DNA from: Candidatus Latescibacterota bacterium
GTDB lineage: Bacteria > Latescibacterota > UBA2968 > GCA-2709665
Direction: 5' to 3'
Assembly (NCBI GenBank): GCA_965208835.1
Contig: OZ242358.1
Coordinates: forward strand, 2,624,001-2,688,000
Length of the DNA: 64,000 nucleotides
This document shows, in pieces, positions 1 to 8,192 of the stretch. The first letter of the stretch is position 1. Each line of letters opens with the position of its first letter. Below the pieces are notes generated by a model that was not told the origin of the DNA, did not search any database, and saw only the letters and a list, made by a program, of their open reading frames with translations. The position numbers were made by a program, and so were the translations under genes.

Positions 1-2
1 CA

Positions 3-302
3 GACGCGTCGGGAATAACCGCAGATGACGTGGATCCCCACCCGGAGTATCCCTTTCCAAACCCTTTCAATGTTCACACGACCATCGGGTTTCGAAGCAC
101 CGGCGATCCGGCGGAGTTAACGGTTTACAATGTTCTCGGACAACCCGTCAGGCGGTTTTCGATTTCAGCGGTCGCGGGTTATCATCAACCGGTGTGGGAC
201 GGGCGCGACGATCTGGGTCGATCGGTAGGCACTGGCATATACCTGATTCGCCTGAGAAACGGACCACGCCTCCGAACGATGCGCGTGGTGCTGGTTAAAT
301 GA
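3..302 (+). CDS. 3' end (partial) of a secreted protein with C-terminal FlgD-Ig / T9SS-type sorting domain
   Basis: PFPNPFN..T.I.F...LTVYNVLGQPVR...WDGRDDLGRSVGTGIYLIRL...MRVVLVK is the typical FlgD-Ig C-terminal domain; frame is open to the window edge. Confidence 0.85.
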   Translation, partial: DASGITADDVDPHPEYPFPNPFNVHTTIGFRSTGDPAELTVYNVLGQPVRRFSISAVAGYHQPVWDGRDDLGRSVGTGIYLIRLRNGPRLRTMRVVLVK

Positions 303-331
303 CCCGCGGAAGCTCCACGGGCAGCCGACGT

Positions 332-493
332 GTGTTCTGTCCCGGAAATAAGTTGCCTGAATTCGACCGTCGAGTCGCCTGGCTCGCAAGGCGCCAGAGT
401 GCAGGCGATCTGCGTAAGGTCGGCGAGCGAGGGGAACGTAGCGAGACAGGATGAATCGGCGGTGGAATGGTGAGGATTTTTCGGACAGGACAC
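332..493 (-). mobile_element. MITE copy 1 (162 bp, terminal inverted repeats GTGTYCTGTCC)
   Basis: Starts GTGTTCTGTCCCGG and ends CGGACAGGACAC; near-identical in reverse complement to 29542-29725 and 50275-50437; no transposase. Confidence 0.85.
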
Positions 494-639
494 CAGGTCC
501 TAACACGGATTTCCGCGGGCACCGGTGTGCGGAAAGGCCCGAATATATGCGTAAGAGTCCACTCTCGCGGTGACGGGGGCAATCGTCGTTAAGATTGTCT
601 CGGAGAGAATGAGAACAATTGAGGAAAGGAGGTGAAACC

Positions 640-900
640 ATGGCCCAGCCGGAGATCACGTTCAGACACGGTTCCTGCAGCGCTTCCGTCTTCGAGAACG
701 AATACAACCGCGGCAAGGATAGCTTCAACGTCCGTACCGTTTCGTTCCAGAGAAGCTACCGGGACAAGCAAGGCGAATGGCATCGTTCCAGCAGCCTGAG
801 GGTGAACGATATTCCCAAAGCGATCCTGGTACTCAACAAGGCATATGAGTACCTGACGTCCAACGGCAATACTGACGTCGAGGAAGAGTCAGAGAGCTGA
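640..900 (+). CDS. Small hypothetical protein (86 aa), possibly a PC4/SpoVG-like nucleic-acid-binding fold
   Basis: Strong SD AAAGGAGGTG before ATG 640; beta-strand-rich N-part, RSYRDKQGEW hairpin, C-terminal helix and acidic tail; followed by terminator. Confidence 0.7.
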   Translation: MAQPEITFRHGSCSASVFENEYNRGKDSFNVRTVSFQRSYRDKQGEWHRSSSLRVNDIPKAILVLNKAYEYLTSNGNTDVEEESES

Positions 901-923
901 ATCGAGCTTCATCTTAGCGAGCG

Positions 924-961
924 AAGAGGGACAGCCGGTATCATTCCGGGTGTCCCTCTTT
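924..961 (+). terminator. Intrinsic terminator
   Basis: AAGAGGGACA...TGTCCCTCTTT inverted repeat after the stop at 900. Confidence 0.7.
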
Positions 962-1058
962 CACGTTATTGCCGTTCTGCTGTTGTTTCACCGGGAGACT
1001 TTTCGTATCTTCATCTGAACACGATTCCCGCGGATCTTTGCAAGTCTGGAGTTCGTTC

Positions 1059-1979
1059 ATGGAAGAATCGTCGATCGATGTAAAAGAATCGTTGCGTCGT
1101 CTGACAGGCGAATTGCAGAATTTCGAGGAGATCGTTAAGCATATCAAGCCCCCGTCGGGTGAGATTCCCGAATTAGAGGGAATCGAAATCTACGGTGAGA
1201 CGATTCCGCTTGAGGGTCTGATCGGCGGTGATCATATCATTTATGTCGACTTCAAAAGACGGTATGATCTGGAGGCACGGATACACAAGGCGGAGCAGGA
1301 AGGGCGTGGGACCGTAGCTGCGAATCTGAGGAGATGCGAACGGATGGCCGGCGTCGCCCTCGTGGATGTTTCCGGACATCAGATTACAGATGCAATGCTG
1401 GCCGGAATGCTGCACGAGGCATTCCTGCTCGGCGCCACCTACGAGCTGGACCAGTTCGGTACGATCACCGAGAAACTGTTCGAAAATCTGAATACCCGGA
1501 TCTACAATTCTTCCAGCGTCAGCAAATTCCTGACGATGATCTATGGAGAGATCAGCGAGGACGACACGTTCACTTTTCTTTCCGCCGCCCATCCCATCCC
1601 GGTTGTATTCTCCAATCTGCAGGATCGAATTATGGACGTCAGCGAGGATCTCTTTGTGAATTTTCCTCCAATCGGCACCTTGCCCTCACAGGAGGATATA
1701 GACCGGCAGGCGATCCAGAGTGTGCTTGGCTTCAAGAAAAAATACGAGATCAACGTGTGGACGCTTCAAGGATCTGGCGACATCTTTTTGTTGTATACGG
1801 ACGGACTGGCGGACCATCGCCGGGGCGACGAAGACTATTTCCCCGATCGGCTGGAGGACATTCTCCGCCGTGTCAAGCGGCTGTCGGCTCATGGAATATT
1901 CCAAGCCATAAAGGATGACGTGCTCGATTTCGGCCAGCCACTTGACGATATCAGTCTTGTCGTAATAAAAAAAACGTGA
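1059..1979 (+). CDS. PP2C-type Ser/Thr phosphatase (SpoIIE/RsbU family), stand-alone
   Basis: IGGD, DVSGH, SAAHP, LLYTDGL, DDISLVV motifs; ATG 1059 preceded by GGAG. Confidence 0.9.
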   Translation: MEESSIDVKESLRRLTGELQNFEEIVKHIKPPSGEIPELEGIEIYGETIPLEGLIGGDHIIYVDFKRRYDLEARIHKAEQEGRGTVAANLRRCERMAGVALVDVSGHQITDAMLAGMLHEAFLLGATYELDQFGTITEKLFENLNTRIYNSSSVSKFLTMIYGEISEDDTFTFLSAAHPIPVVFSNLQDRIMDVSEDLFVNFPPIGTLPSQEDIDRQAIQSVLGFKKKYEINVWTLQGSGDIFLLYTDGLADHRRGDEDYFPDRLEDILRRVKRLSAHGIFQAIKDDVLDFGQPLDDISLVVIKKT

Positions 1980-2057
1980 TAGTGGACCCATCGGCCGCGG
2001 TCTGTCGAACCGCCGGCCTGATTCTGAAAACGGCGCAATTCCGCAGGAGGCAATGTT

Positions 2058-3467
2058 ATGAAAATGTTCGTCAATTCCCGCTGGATCGACAAGGACGAAA
2101 AGGTCGAGGTGTTGAACCCGTACGATGGATCCGTTGTCGATACGGTGCCACGCGCCGACGGACGAGATGTGCAGGCCGCCCTCGCGACGGCGGCCAGGGG
2201 CGCGGAGGTGATGGCGGCGATGCCGGCTCACGAACGATACCGGATTCTGCATCGTGCAGCCGAGTTGATGGCGGAACGCCAGGAGGAATTCGGACAGACC
2301 ATTTCAGCCGAAGAGGGAAAGGTCATTTCCGAAGGGCGCGGGGAGGCCGCCCGGTCAATCGACACGATGACGCTATCGGCCGAAGAGGCAAAACGGCTTT
2401 ACGGAGAGACCATTCCACTGGACGGCGCAACCGGTGCGGAGGGCAAATTCGGATTTACCGTTCGTGTGCCATGTGGCGTTGTCGTTGCCATTACGCCTTT
2501 CAATTTTCCCTTGAATCTGGTGTGTCACAAGGTCGGACCTGCACTTGCGGCCGGAAATTCGGTGATTGTAAAACCGGCCACCGACACGCCGCTTTCAGCG
2601 ATGAAACTCGTGGAGGTTCTTCTGGATGCGGGCGCGCCGGCCGAAGCCGTTCAGTGTATCACGGGTCCGGGAGGCGAAATCGGCGACCTGCTGTCTTCTG
2701 ACTCCCGGGTGCGGAAGATCTCCTTCACCGGAAGCAGGGACGTCGGTGAACAGATCTGCAAAACAGCGGGGTTGAAGAAAGTAACGATGGAGCTTGGGTC
2801 CAATTCACCGTTAATAGTTATGCCCGACGCCGATTTGGAAAAGGTGGCTGCCGCGACGACCGCGACAGGGTTTGCAAACGCCGGGCAGGTTTGCATTTCC
2901 GCGCAGCGCGTCATGGTCAATAAGGACGTTTACGAGGACTTCATCGATGTACTAAAGCCTCAGGTGGAGGCACTGAAAGTCGGCGATCAGCTGGATGAGT
3001 CGGTGTCCATGGGGCCGATGATCCGCGAAGGAGATGCCGAGCGGGTAGGCGCCTGGATTCGCGAGGCCAGGGAGGGCGGCGCAAGGGTGATCGTGGGCGG
3101 TGATCGGGACGGCACGTTGCACGCGCCTACGGTGGTGGCGGACGTCGATCCCAAGATGCGAATCTCATGCGACGAACTCTTCGGTCCGGCCGTCGGACTG
3201 ACACGGTTCGATACAATCGATGAGGCCATCGCCTCGGCCAACGACACCAATTACGGTTTGTCGGCCGCGTTATTCACGGAGAACCTGGACCACGCGATGC
3301 AGTTTGTAAACAAGGTGCAGTCGGGGAATATAATGGTTAACTGGGGCCCTCAATGGCGCGCGGACCTGATGCCTTACGGTGGATTGAAAGATAGCGGGAT
3401 GGGCAAGGAAGGACCAAAGTACGCGGTGGAGGAGATGACAGAGTTGAAGATGGTGGTATTTCATTAG
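2058..3467 (+). CDS. NAD(P)-dependent aldehyde dehydrogenase
   Basis: ITPFNFP, FTGS, ELGSNSP, NAGQVCIS (catalytic Cys), ELFGP, PYGGLKDSG; SD AGGAGG. Confidence 0.95.
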   Translation: MKMFVNSRWIDKDEKVEVLNPYDGSVVDTVPRADGRDVQAALATAARGAEVMAAMPAHERYRILHRAAELMAERQEEFGQTISAEEGKVISEGRGEAARSIDTMTLSAEEAKRLYGETIPLDGATGAEGKFGFTVRVPCGVVVAITPFNFPLNLVCHKVGPALAAGNSVIVKPATDTPLSAMKLVEVLLDAGAPAEAVQCITGPGGEIGDLLSSDSRVRKISFTGSRDVGEQICKTAGLKKVTMELGSNSPLIVMPDADLEKVAAATTATGFANAGQVCISAQRVMVNKDVYEDFIDVLKPQVEALKVGDQLDESVSMGPMIREGDAERVGAWIREAREGGARVIVGGDRDGTLHAPTVVADVDPKMRISCDELFGPAVGLTRFDTIDEAIASANDTNYGLSAALFTENLDHAMQFVNKVQSGNIMVNWGPQWRADLMPYGGLKDSGMGKEGPKYAVEEMTELKMVVFH

Positions 3468-3642
3468 CCGTGATGGGCGGGCGCACGAGACAAAAAACGC
3501 ACGTCGAGCGGGAAGCCTCGTGATACACGACCACGGATGAAACGTGAAAACCCCCGGATCGCAGGCGGATGGCCGGCGATCGGGGGCGGCCCGTGGGTGA
3601 AAAGGCCGCGTCCATCCGTTCAGAAGCATCTAGGGCAGAAAG

Positions 3643-3674
3643 AAAGCGGAGTGGCGTCTTTGGCGCTCCGCTTT
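3643..3674. terminator. Bidirectional intrinsic terminator between convergent ALDH and HU/IHF genes
   Basis: AAAGCGGAG...CTCCGCTTTT. Confidence 0.7.
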
Positions 3675-3777
3675 TGGCATTTACTGTGGGACTATCGTTG
3701 GAATACCGGGTTTGCAAACTGCTGTAAGGGCCGACCCGATGGTTGAAGATACATCAGCGGTACCGGCCGGGACCCTG

Positions 3778-4107
3778 TCACCCGTGCAGTGCTTCGGATT
3801 CCCCCTGGCCCGGGGGTTCCAGCGGCTGGTGGAGTGCTTTCTTGATGAGGACACCCGCTTTGAAGTAGCTTTTCTTTCGTGCCGGCACATAGACGATTTC
3901 ACCTGTCCTGGGGTTCCGTGCGGCAGGCTTGGGCTTTGTGTTTTTTACGCCAAGTACTCCGAAACCACGAATCTCGATGCGGTCACCGGAAATGAGGCTC
4001 TCGCGCATAGCCTTGAACAGTGTATCTACAACCTCGTAGGCGAGTTGCTTCTTGACGCCCAGCCGGTCGGAAATTTCGAGCGCCAGATCCTTTTTGGTTG
4101 TCGTCAT
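3778..4107 (-). CDS. HU/IHF family DNA-binding protein
   Basis: TKKDL...RIEIRGFG...ARNPRTGE..VPARK...FKAG; SD GGGAGG before ATG 4107. Confidence 0.95.
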   Translation of the reverse strand: MTTTKKDLALEISDRLGVKKQLAYEVVDTLFKAMRESLISGDRIEIRGFGVLGVKNTKPKPAARNPRTGEIVYVPARKKSYFKAGVLIKKALHQPLEPPGQGESEALHG

Positions 4108-4612
4108 TTTGTCCTCCCGTTTGGCCTGCTCGATCAAGCCGAAACATAATATAGACCCAAAGTGCTGATTGCCGCAAGAAAAAAATTTACTAGAAGTTAC
4201 ACGAATTTTCGCCAAGCGGGATCCAGAATTTACGGCCTGGGCATTTCCATAATCTATTGTTTTTAATGATCTTGCGTGTAAATTCATCTATTTTATTGAA
4301 TTTTAGACACTTACACGAATTATCTTTATTCGCATTCTAAGTTTTCGGCGTCGCGCGAACACTGTATCCGGCTTGATTCGCTAAAGGGAACAGACGATCC
4401 CAATGCGGATATTTCGGTGTTGCTGCAGGTCGACGTCGGCGTGCGAAATTCATGGAAATCGCCTTTGGCGGTGTTGACTTTCGATTGGACAGGCAGTGGC
4501 GGTAAGGTCGGTGAAAGGGCAGGTTGAACGCAACCGGGGCGGTATCGTCAACCCATGCGAAAAGGTCCGGGGTTCCCCGTTGATTTCTGAAAACCATGCT
4601 GTGTTTCGAATC

Positions 4613-5827
4613 TCAGCCGCGTCGTTGATCGTTAAGGGCCTCAATGAGCCGGTCGACATGGTCAAATCCGTTACAAATGTGGGTAGACACCCGGATCCAA
4701 TGGGCGCCGTCAATGCGTTCCGCCGGCACGGTGATCCGATATCGCTCATAGAGGTCGAGGCTTTCGAATCCCGTGACGTGAAACGCCGAGATTGAACCGG
4801 ACATGTCCGCCTTGGACGGTGTGAGAAGTCTTGCCCAGCCGGTTGCCTTCATTCCTTCCCTCAGATACGCCGCCAGCGTCCGGCCTCTACGTAGAATTCG
4901 ACATTTACCGACCCCTTCCTGGAAGTCGACGGCTTCTCCGACTGCAGCAAAGGCGGCCTGGTCGCGGGTACCCCAGTTCTCGATTCCCCACATGAACGGT
5001 CGGTCGTTGATCCGGAGCATCCCGTCCCCGCCCCGTTTCGGACCCTCGCGGCTGTATCCCCAACTTACAATGACGTGATTCAATCGCTCCTGTGCGCGTG
5101 GCGACACGTAAAGAAACCCCGTACCCTTGGGCGCGCACAGCCACTTGTGGCAGTTGCCGCCGTAAAAGTCACATTCAAGGGAATCCAGGTCCAACGGGAT
5201 CATACCCGGCGCATGGGCACCGTCGACTGCGATCATCGCGCCACGCTGGTGGGCAAGGCGGGCCAACGCTCCGACTGGCGTTATCCGGCCGGTACGGGTA
5301 AAGATGTGGCTACAAAGTACCAGGCGGGTGCGAACGGTAAATTCAGGTTCAAATGCATCCAGTATGGTCTCGGGATTATCAGCCGTTGGAGGGATTCTGG
5401 CGCGCTTCACCACAACCCCGTGCCGTCGTTCCGCCTGATGAAGGCAATAGTCGATTGCACCGTATTCATGGTTTGAGGCCAGAATCTCATCACCGGGCCG
5501 CCAGTCCAGGCCGTTAACCACCACATTGATGGATGCGGTGACGTTGCAGGTGAATGCGATGTCCTCCGGCGGGGCGTTAATAAAGTCGCCCAAACGGCGG
5601 CGGCTTTCGTCCACGGCGTCCGTATGTTTCGCCCGATTCCGGATCGGGCTGCGTTCCACATCCTTCAGGATCGCGATCATCTTCTCGAAGACACGCCTGG
5701 GCTGCACGCCAACGGAGCCGGTATTGAGATAGATCTCATCGTCGGCGATCATAAAGGCTGTGCGAATCTTCTGCCAGTAGACTTCCTCGTCCGTGGAAGT
5801 CGGCCAGTTTGTGTCGCGCAAGTTCAC
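4613..5827 (-). CDS. PLP-dependent class V aminotransferase (isopenicillin N epimerase / cysteine desulfhydrase-like)
   Basis: YLNTGSVG, NHEYGA, VDGAHAPG, GNCHKWLCAPKG (PLP lysine), GTRD, RVSTH. Confidence 0.9.
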   Translation of the reverse strand: MNLRDTNWPTSTDEEVYWQKIRTAFMIADDEIYLNTGSVGVQPRRVFEKMIAILKDVERSPIRNRAKHTDAVDESRRRLGDFINAPPEDIAFTCNVTASINVVVNGLDWRPGDEILASNHEYGAIDYCLHQAERRHGVVVKRARIPPTADNPETILDAFEPEFTVRTRLVLCSHIFTRTGRITPVGALARLAHQRGAMIAVDGAHAPGMIPLDLDSLECDFYGGNCHKWLCAPKGTGFLYVSPRAQERLNHVIVSWGYSREGPKRGGDGMLRINDRPFMWGIENWGTRDQAAFAAVGEAVDFQEGVGKCRILRRGRTLAAYLREGMKATGWARLLTPSKADMSGSISAFHVTGFESLDLYERYRITVPAERIDGAHWIRVSTHICNGFDHVDRLIEALNDQRRG

Positions 5828-6366
5828 CCGAACCTCCTGGAACGACGTTGAAGGAAATTGAGTGGCATGGGCCGGCGAAGACCGGGATGCGGGGCCGAGA
5901 GTTCCAGTTTATCCACAATTGTAAATCCCGGACTGGCTGTTTTCAAGTCCTTTGTGAACAAGACCGGGGCCAGCCGCGGCTGCCGGGCTGGCTTCCGCGC
6001 CTTGACGATCGTCGCCCTCGTGGATATATTCGTGCCCTTGCAACGGGAGCCGGAATCATTTGACCGGGTGGTATTGCCCATGTCCTGGCCGGTTTACGAC
6101 CACAAATGGTCCGCTCTGCGGGTCTGCACGGATATTCAGCGTCATCCGAAGAGTCCGCCCATTGCCGCTTCCCGTTTTCTGCCTGCGACAACTGAGGCGG
6201 CCCCGCACCCGGCGACACTGGCACCCAAGTGTGTGACCGGTGTTTTCCGAAATCCGGACCCGCGGTTTCGAGCCCGTCGAAATGCACCCGGCATTACCTC
6301 CCTGCATTGACGGGTCGACACGAAATCGGTCGCGAAGTCACGAGACTCGACCTGCCGTAACCCGCC

Positions 6367-6395
6367 TTGACAGCTACATTTATCTTGTCTATATT
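6367..6395 (+). promoter_or_regulatory. Sigma70-type promoter of the formate dehydrogenase operon
   Basis: TTGACA-17 nt-TATATT in an AT-rich patch ~90 bp upstream of ATG 6482. Confidence 0.75.
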
Positions 6396-6481
6396 ATTTC
6401 GAGTTGTCACAAGCGTCTCCCGCTGGCAGGATGCCGGTGGGCGTTATTTTCTTCCAAGCTTGCATCGACAGGGAGTGTGCA

Positions 6482-8146
6482 ATGGCGGACCCTTCGGACG
6501 CCGAATTGGTTCGACGCTGGAAAGACGAACCCGCGCCGCTGCTGCCGGTGTTGCACGCGTTCCATGATCGGGACGGATACGTCTCCGATGAGGCCATCCG
6601 GTCCATTTCTGCCGGGATGAAAACACCACTTGCCGATTTGTTCGGTACCGTGTCGTTTTACCATCACATTTCCCGATCGCCCGGTGGACTCGATAGATTC
6701 CGCGTGTGCACCGGCCCGATATGCGTGCTCCGGGGCGCGCAGGAGATGTGCGACGCCCTGAAAGGTGTCCCGATGGCGTGTGCGGGCAGGTGTGACGAAC
6801 CGGTGCCGGTGATTCAGAACCATCGGGTTCTCGTGGGGACGCACGCACGGCACCTTCGGGAGGTCCCCACGCCGCTGCCGGCTGAAAACCCCGGCGGATT
6901 GGAGGAGTGCGTCTTTCGTCATATTCGCGCACCAAACCGTTCGAATCTCGAAGGGTATCACGCGACACGCGGGTACGACGGATTGGAGAGAGCAATAACG
7001 CAGATGCGCCCCGCGGAGGTTGTGGAGCGGATCACTGAGAGCGGGCTGGCCGGCCGGGGAGGGGCCGGCTTCCCCACGGGCGAGAAGTGGAAGGGTGTCG
7101 CGGGAGCCGCTGGCGGTCCGAAAACGGTCGTCTGCAATGCCGACGAGGGAGAACCCGGCTGCTTCAAGGACAGGGCCCTGATGGACTACGATCCGCACGC
7201 GGTACTGGAGGGAATGGTCATCGCCGCGTACGCGACCGGCGCCACGCGTGGGTTCATCTACCTGCGGTACGAATATCCGCAAACGCTGAATATTCTCGAA
7301 TGCGCCATCGAAGAAGCGGAGGCCGCCGGTCTGATTGGCGATGGCATCCTGGGGACGGATTTCGACTTTCAGATACATATCCGTCGTGGGGGAGGGGCCT
7401 ATGTGTGCGGAGAGGAAGGGTCGTTGTTGAACAGCCTGGAGGGCAGGCATCCGTTTCCGAGAAACCGGCCGCCGTATCCGGTAACCCACGGGTTTGAGGA
7501 CCTGCCCACGGCGGTGAATAACGTTGAAACGCTGGTGGCTGTACCTCAGATCATCCGAAAGGGCGCAGGCTGGTACCGAAATCTTGGATTGAACGGCCAG
7601 TCGGGCACCAAAGTCATCAGTCTGTCGGGCGATATCGCGAATCCCGGCAATTACGAAGTCCCGTTCGGCTTGCCGCTGAGAACACTGCTTTACGATTGGG
7701 GCGGCGGCGCCCCTGATGGCCGGAACATCCAGGCGGTGACGATGGCGGGACTATCCGGCGGCTTTGTAGCGGGCGCCGCGCTTGAAGCGACGCTGGACGA
7801 ATCCAGCCTCCGCGGTTACGGGTCCTTTCTGGGCGCCGGGGGCATCATCGTCTTTGACGACAGCAGGGACATGGTGGAGGTTGCCCACTGCGCGATGGCC
7901 TTTTTTGCGGACGAGTCGTGCGGCAAGTGTTTTCCGTGCCGCATCGGCACACGCCGGCTGGTCGAGCGGCTTGACGGCGATGGTGGATCCGGGCGGGTCG
8001 GGCAATGGCGGGCCGAGGTACACGATATCGGCGAGACGATGATGGCGACCAGCGCGTGCGGCCTGGGTACGGCGGCGCCTCTGGTGACCGAAAGCCTGAT
8101 GAAGTATTTTCCGGATCAGGTCGAGAGGCACGTGTTACAACAGTAG
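6482..8146 (+). CDS. NAD-linked formate dehydrogenase diaphorase subunit (NuoE-NuoF / FdsG-FdsB fusion)
   Basis: N-terminal NuoE-like part (SFYHH, CTGPIC, CAGRC), then GRGGAGFPTG, NADEGEPG, GAYVCGEE, SCGKCFPCRIG...CGLG. Confidence 0.9.
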   Translation: MADPSDAELVRRWKDEPAPLLPVLHAFHDRDGYVSDEAIRSISAGMKTPLADLFGTVSFYHHISRSPGGLDRFRVCTGPICVLRGAQEMCDALKGVPMACAGRCDEPVPVIQNHRVLVGTHARHLREVPTPLPAENPGGLEECVFRHIRAPNRSNLEGYHATRGYDGLERAITQMRPAEVVERITESGLAGRGGAGFPTGEKWKGVAGAAGGPKTVVCNADEGEPGCFKDRALMDYDPHAVLEGMVIAAYATGATRGFIYLRYEYPQTLNILECAIEEAEAAGLIGDGILGTDFDFQIHIRRGGGAYVCGEEGSLLNSLEGRHPFPRNRPPYPVTHGFEDLPTAVNNVETLVAVPQIIRKGAGWYRNLGLNGQSGTKVISLSGDIANPGNYEVPFGLPLRTLLYDWGGGAPDGRNIQAVTMAGLSGGFVAGAALEATLDESSLRGYGSFLGAGGIIVFDDSRDMVEVAHCAMAFFADESCGKCFPCRIGTRRLVERLDGDGGSGRVGQWRAEVHDIGETMMATSACGLGTAAPLVTESLMKYFPDQVERHVLQQ

Positions 8147-8192
8147 TCCGGTATGGTGCCGACGCCAACGTCCTTGTCCGGGAAGGCGGGGA

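Noticed and set aside
165-728. ORFs sharing the peptide RRFI.SRYVPLARRPYA (also 49960-50598 and related frames at 29531-29991)
   Set aside because: Translations of the MITE copies, not a protein family
4613-5827. Class V PLP enzyme as sulfur/selenium donor for FdhD or as a beta-lactam biosynthesis gene
   Set aside because: No clear IscS/SufS catalytic Cys loop and no beta-lactam cluster; adjacency alone is insufficient
5909-5961. DnaA-box matches (TTATCCACA at 5909, near-match at 5953; also 44375 and a near-match at 39726) suggesting oriC
   Set aside because: Too few and scattered, one lies in coding sequence, there is no dnaA or unwinding element, and the dif site points to the terminus
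5858-6310. 150-aa ORF and overlapping short ORFs between the aminotransferase and the FDH promoter
   Set aside because: No recognisable motif or SD; may be a decayed gene but cannot be supported
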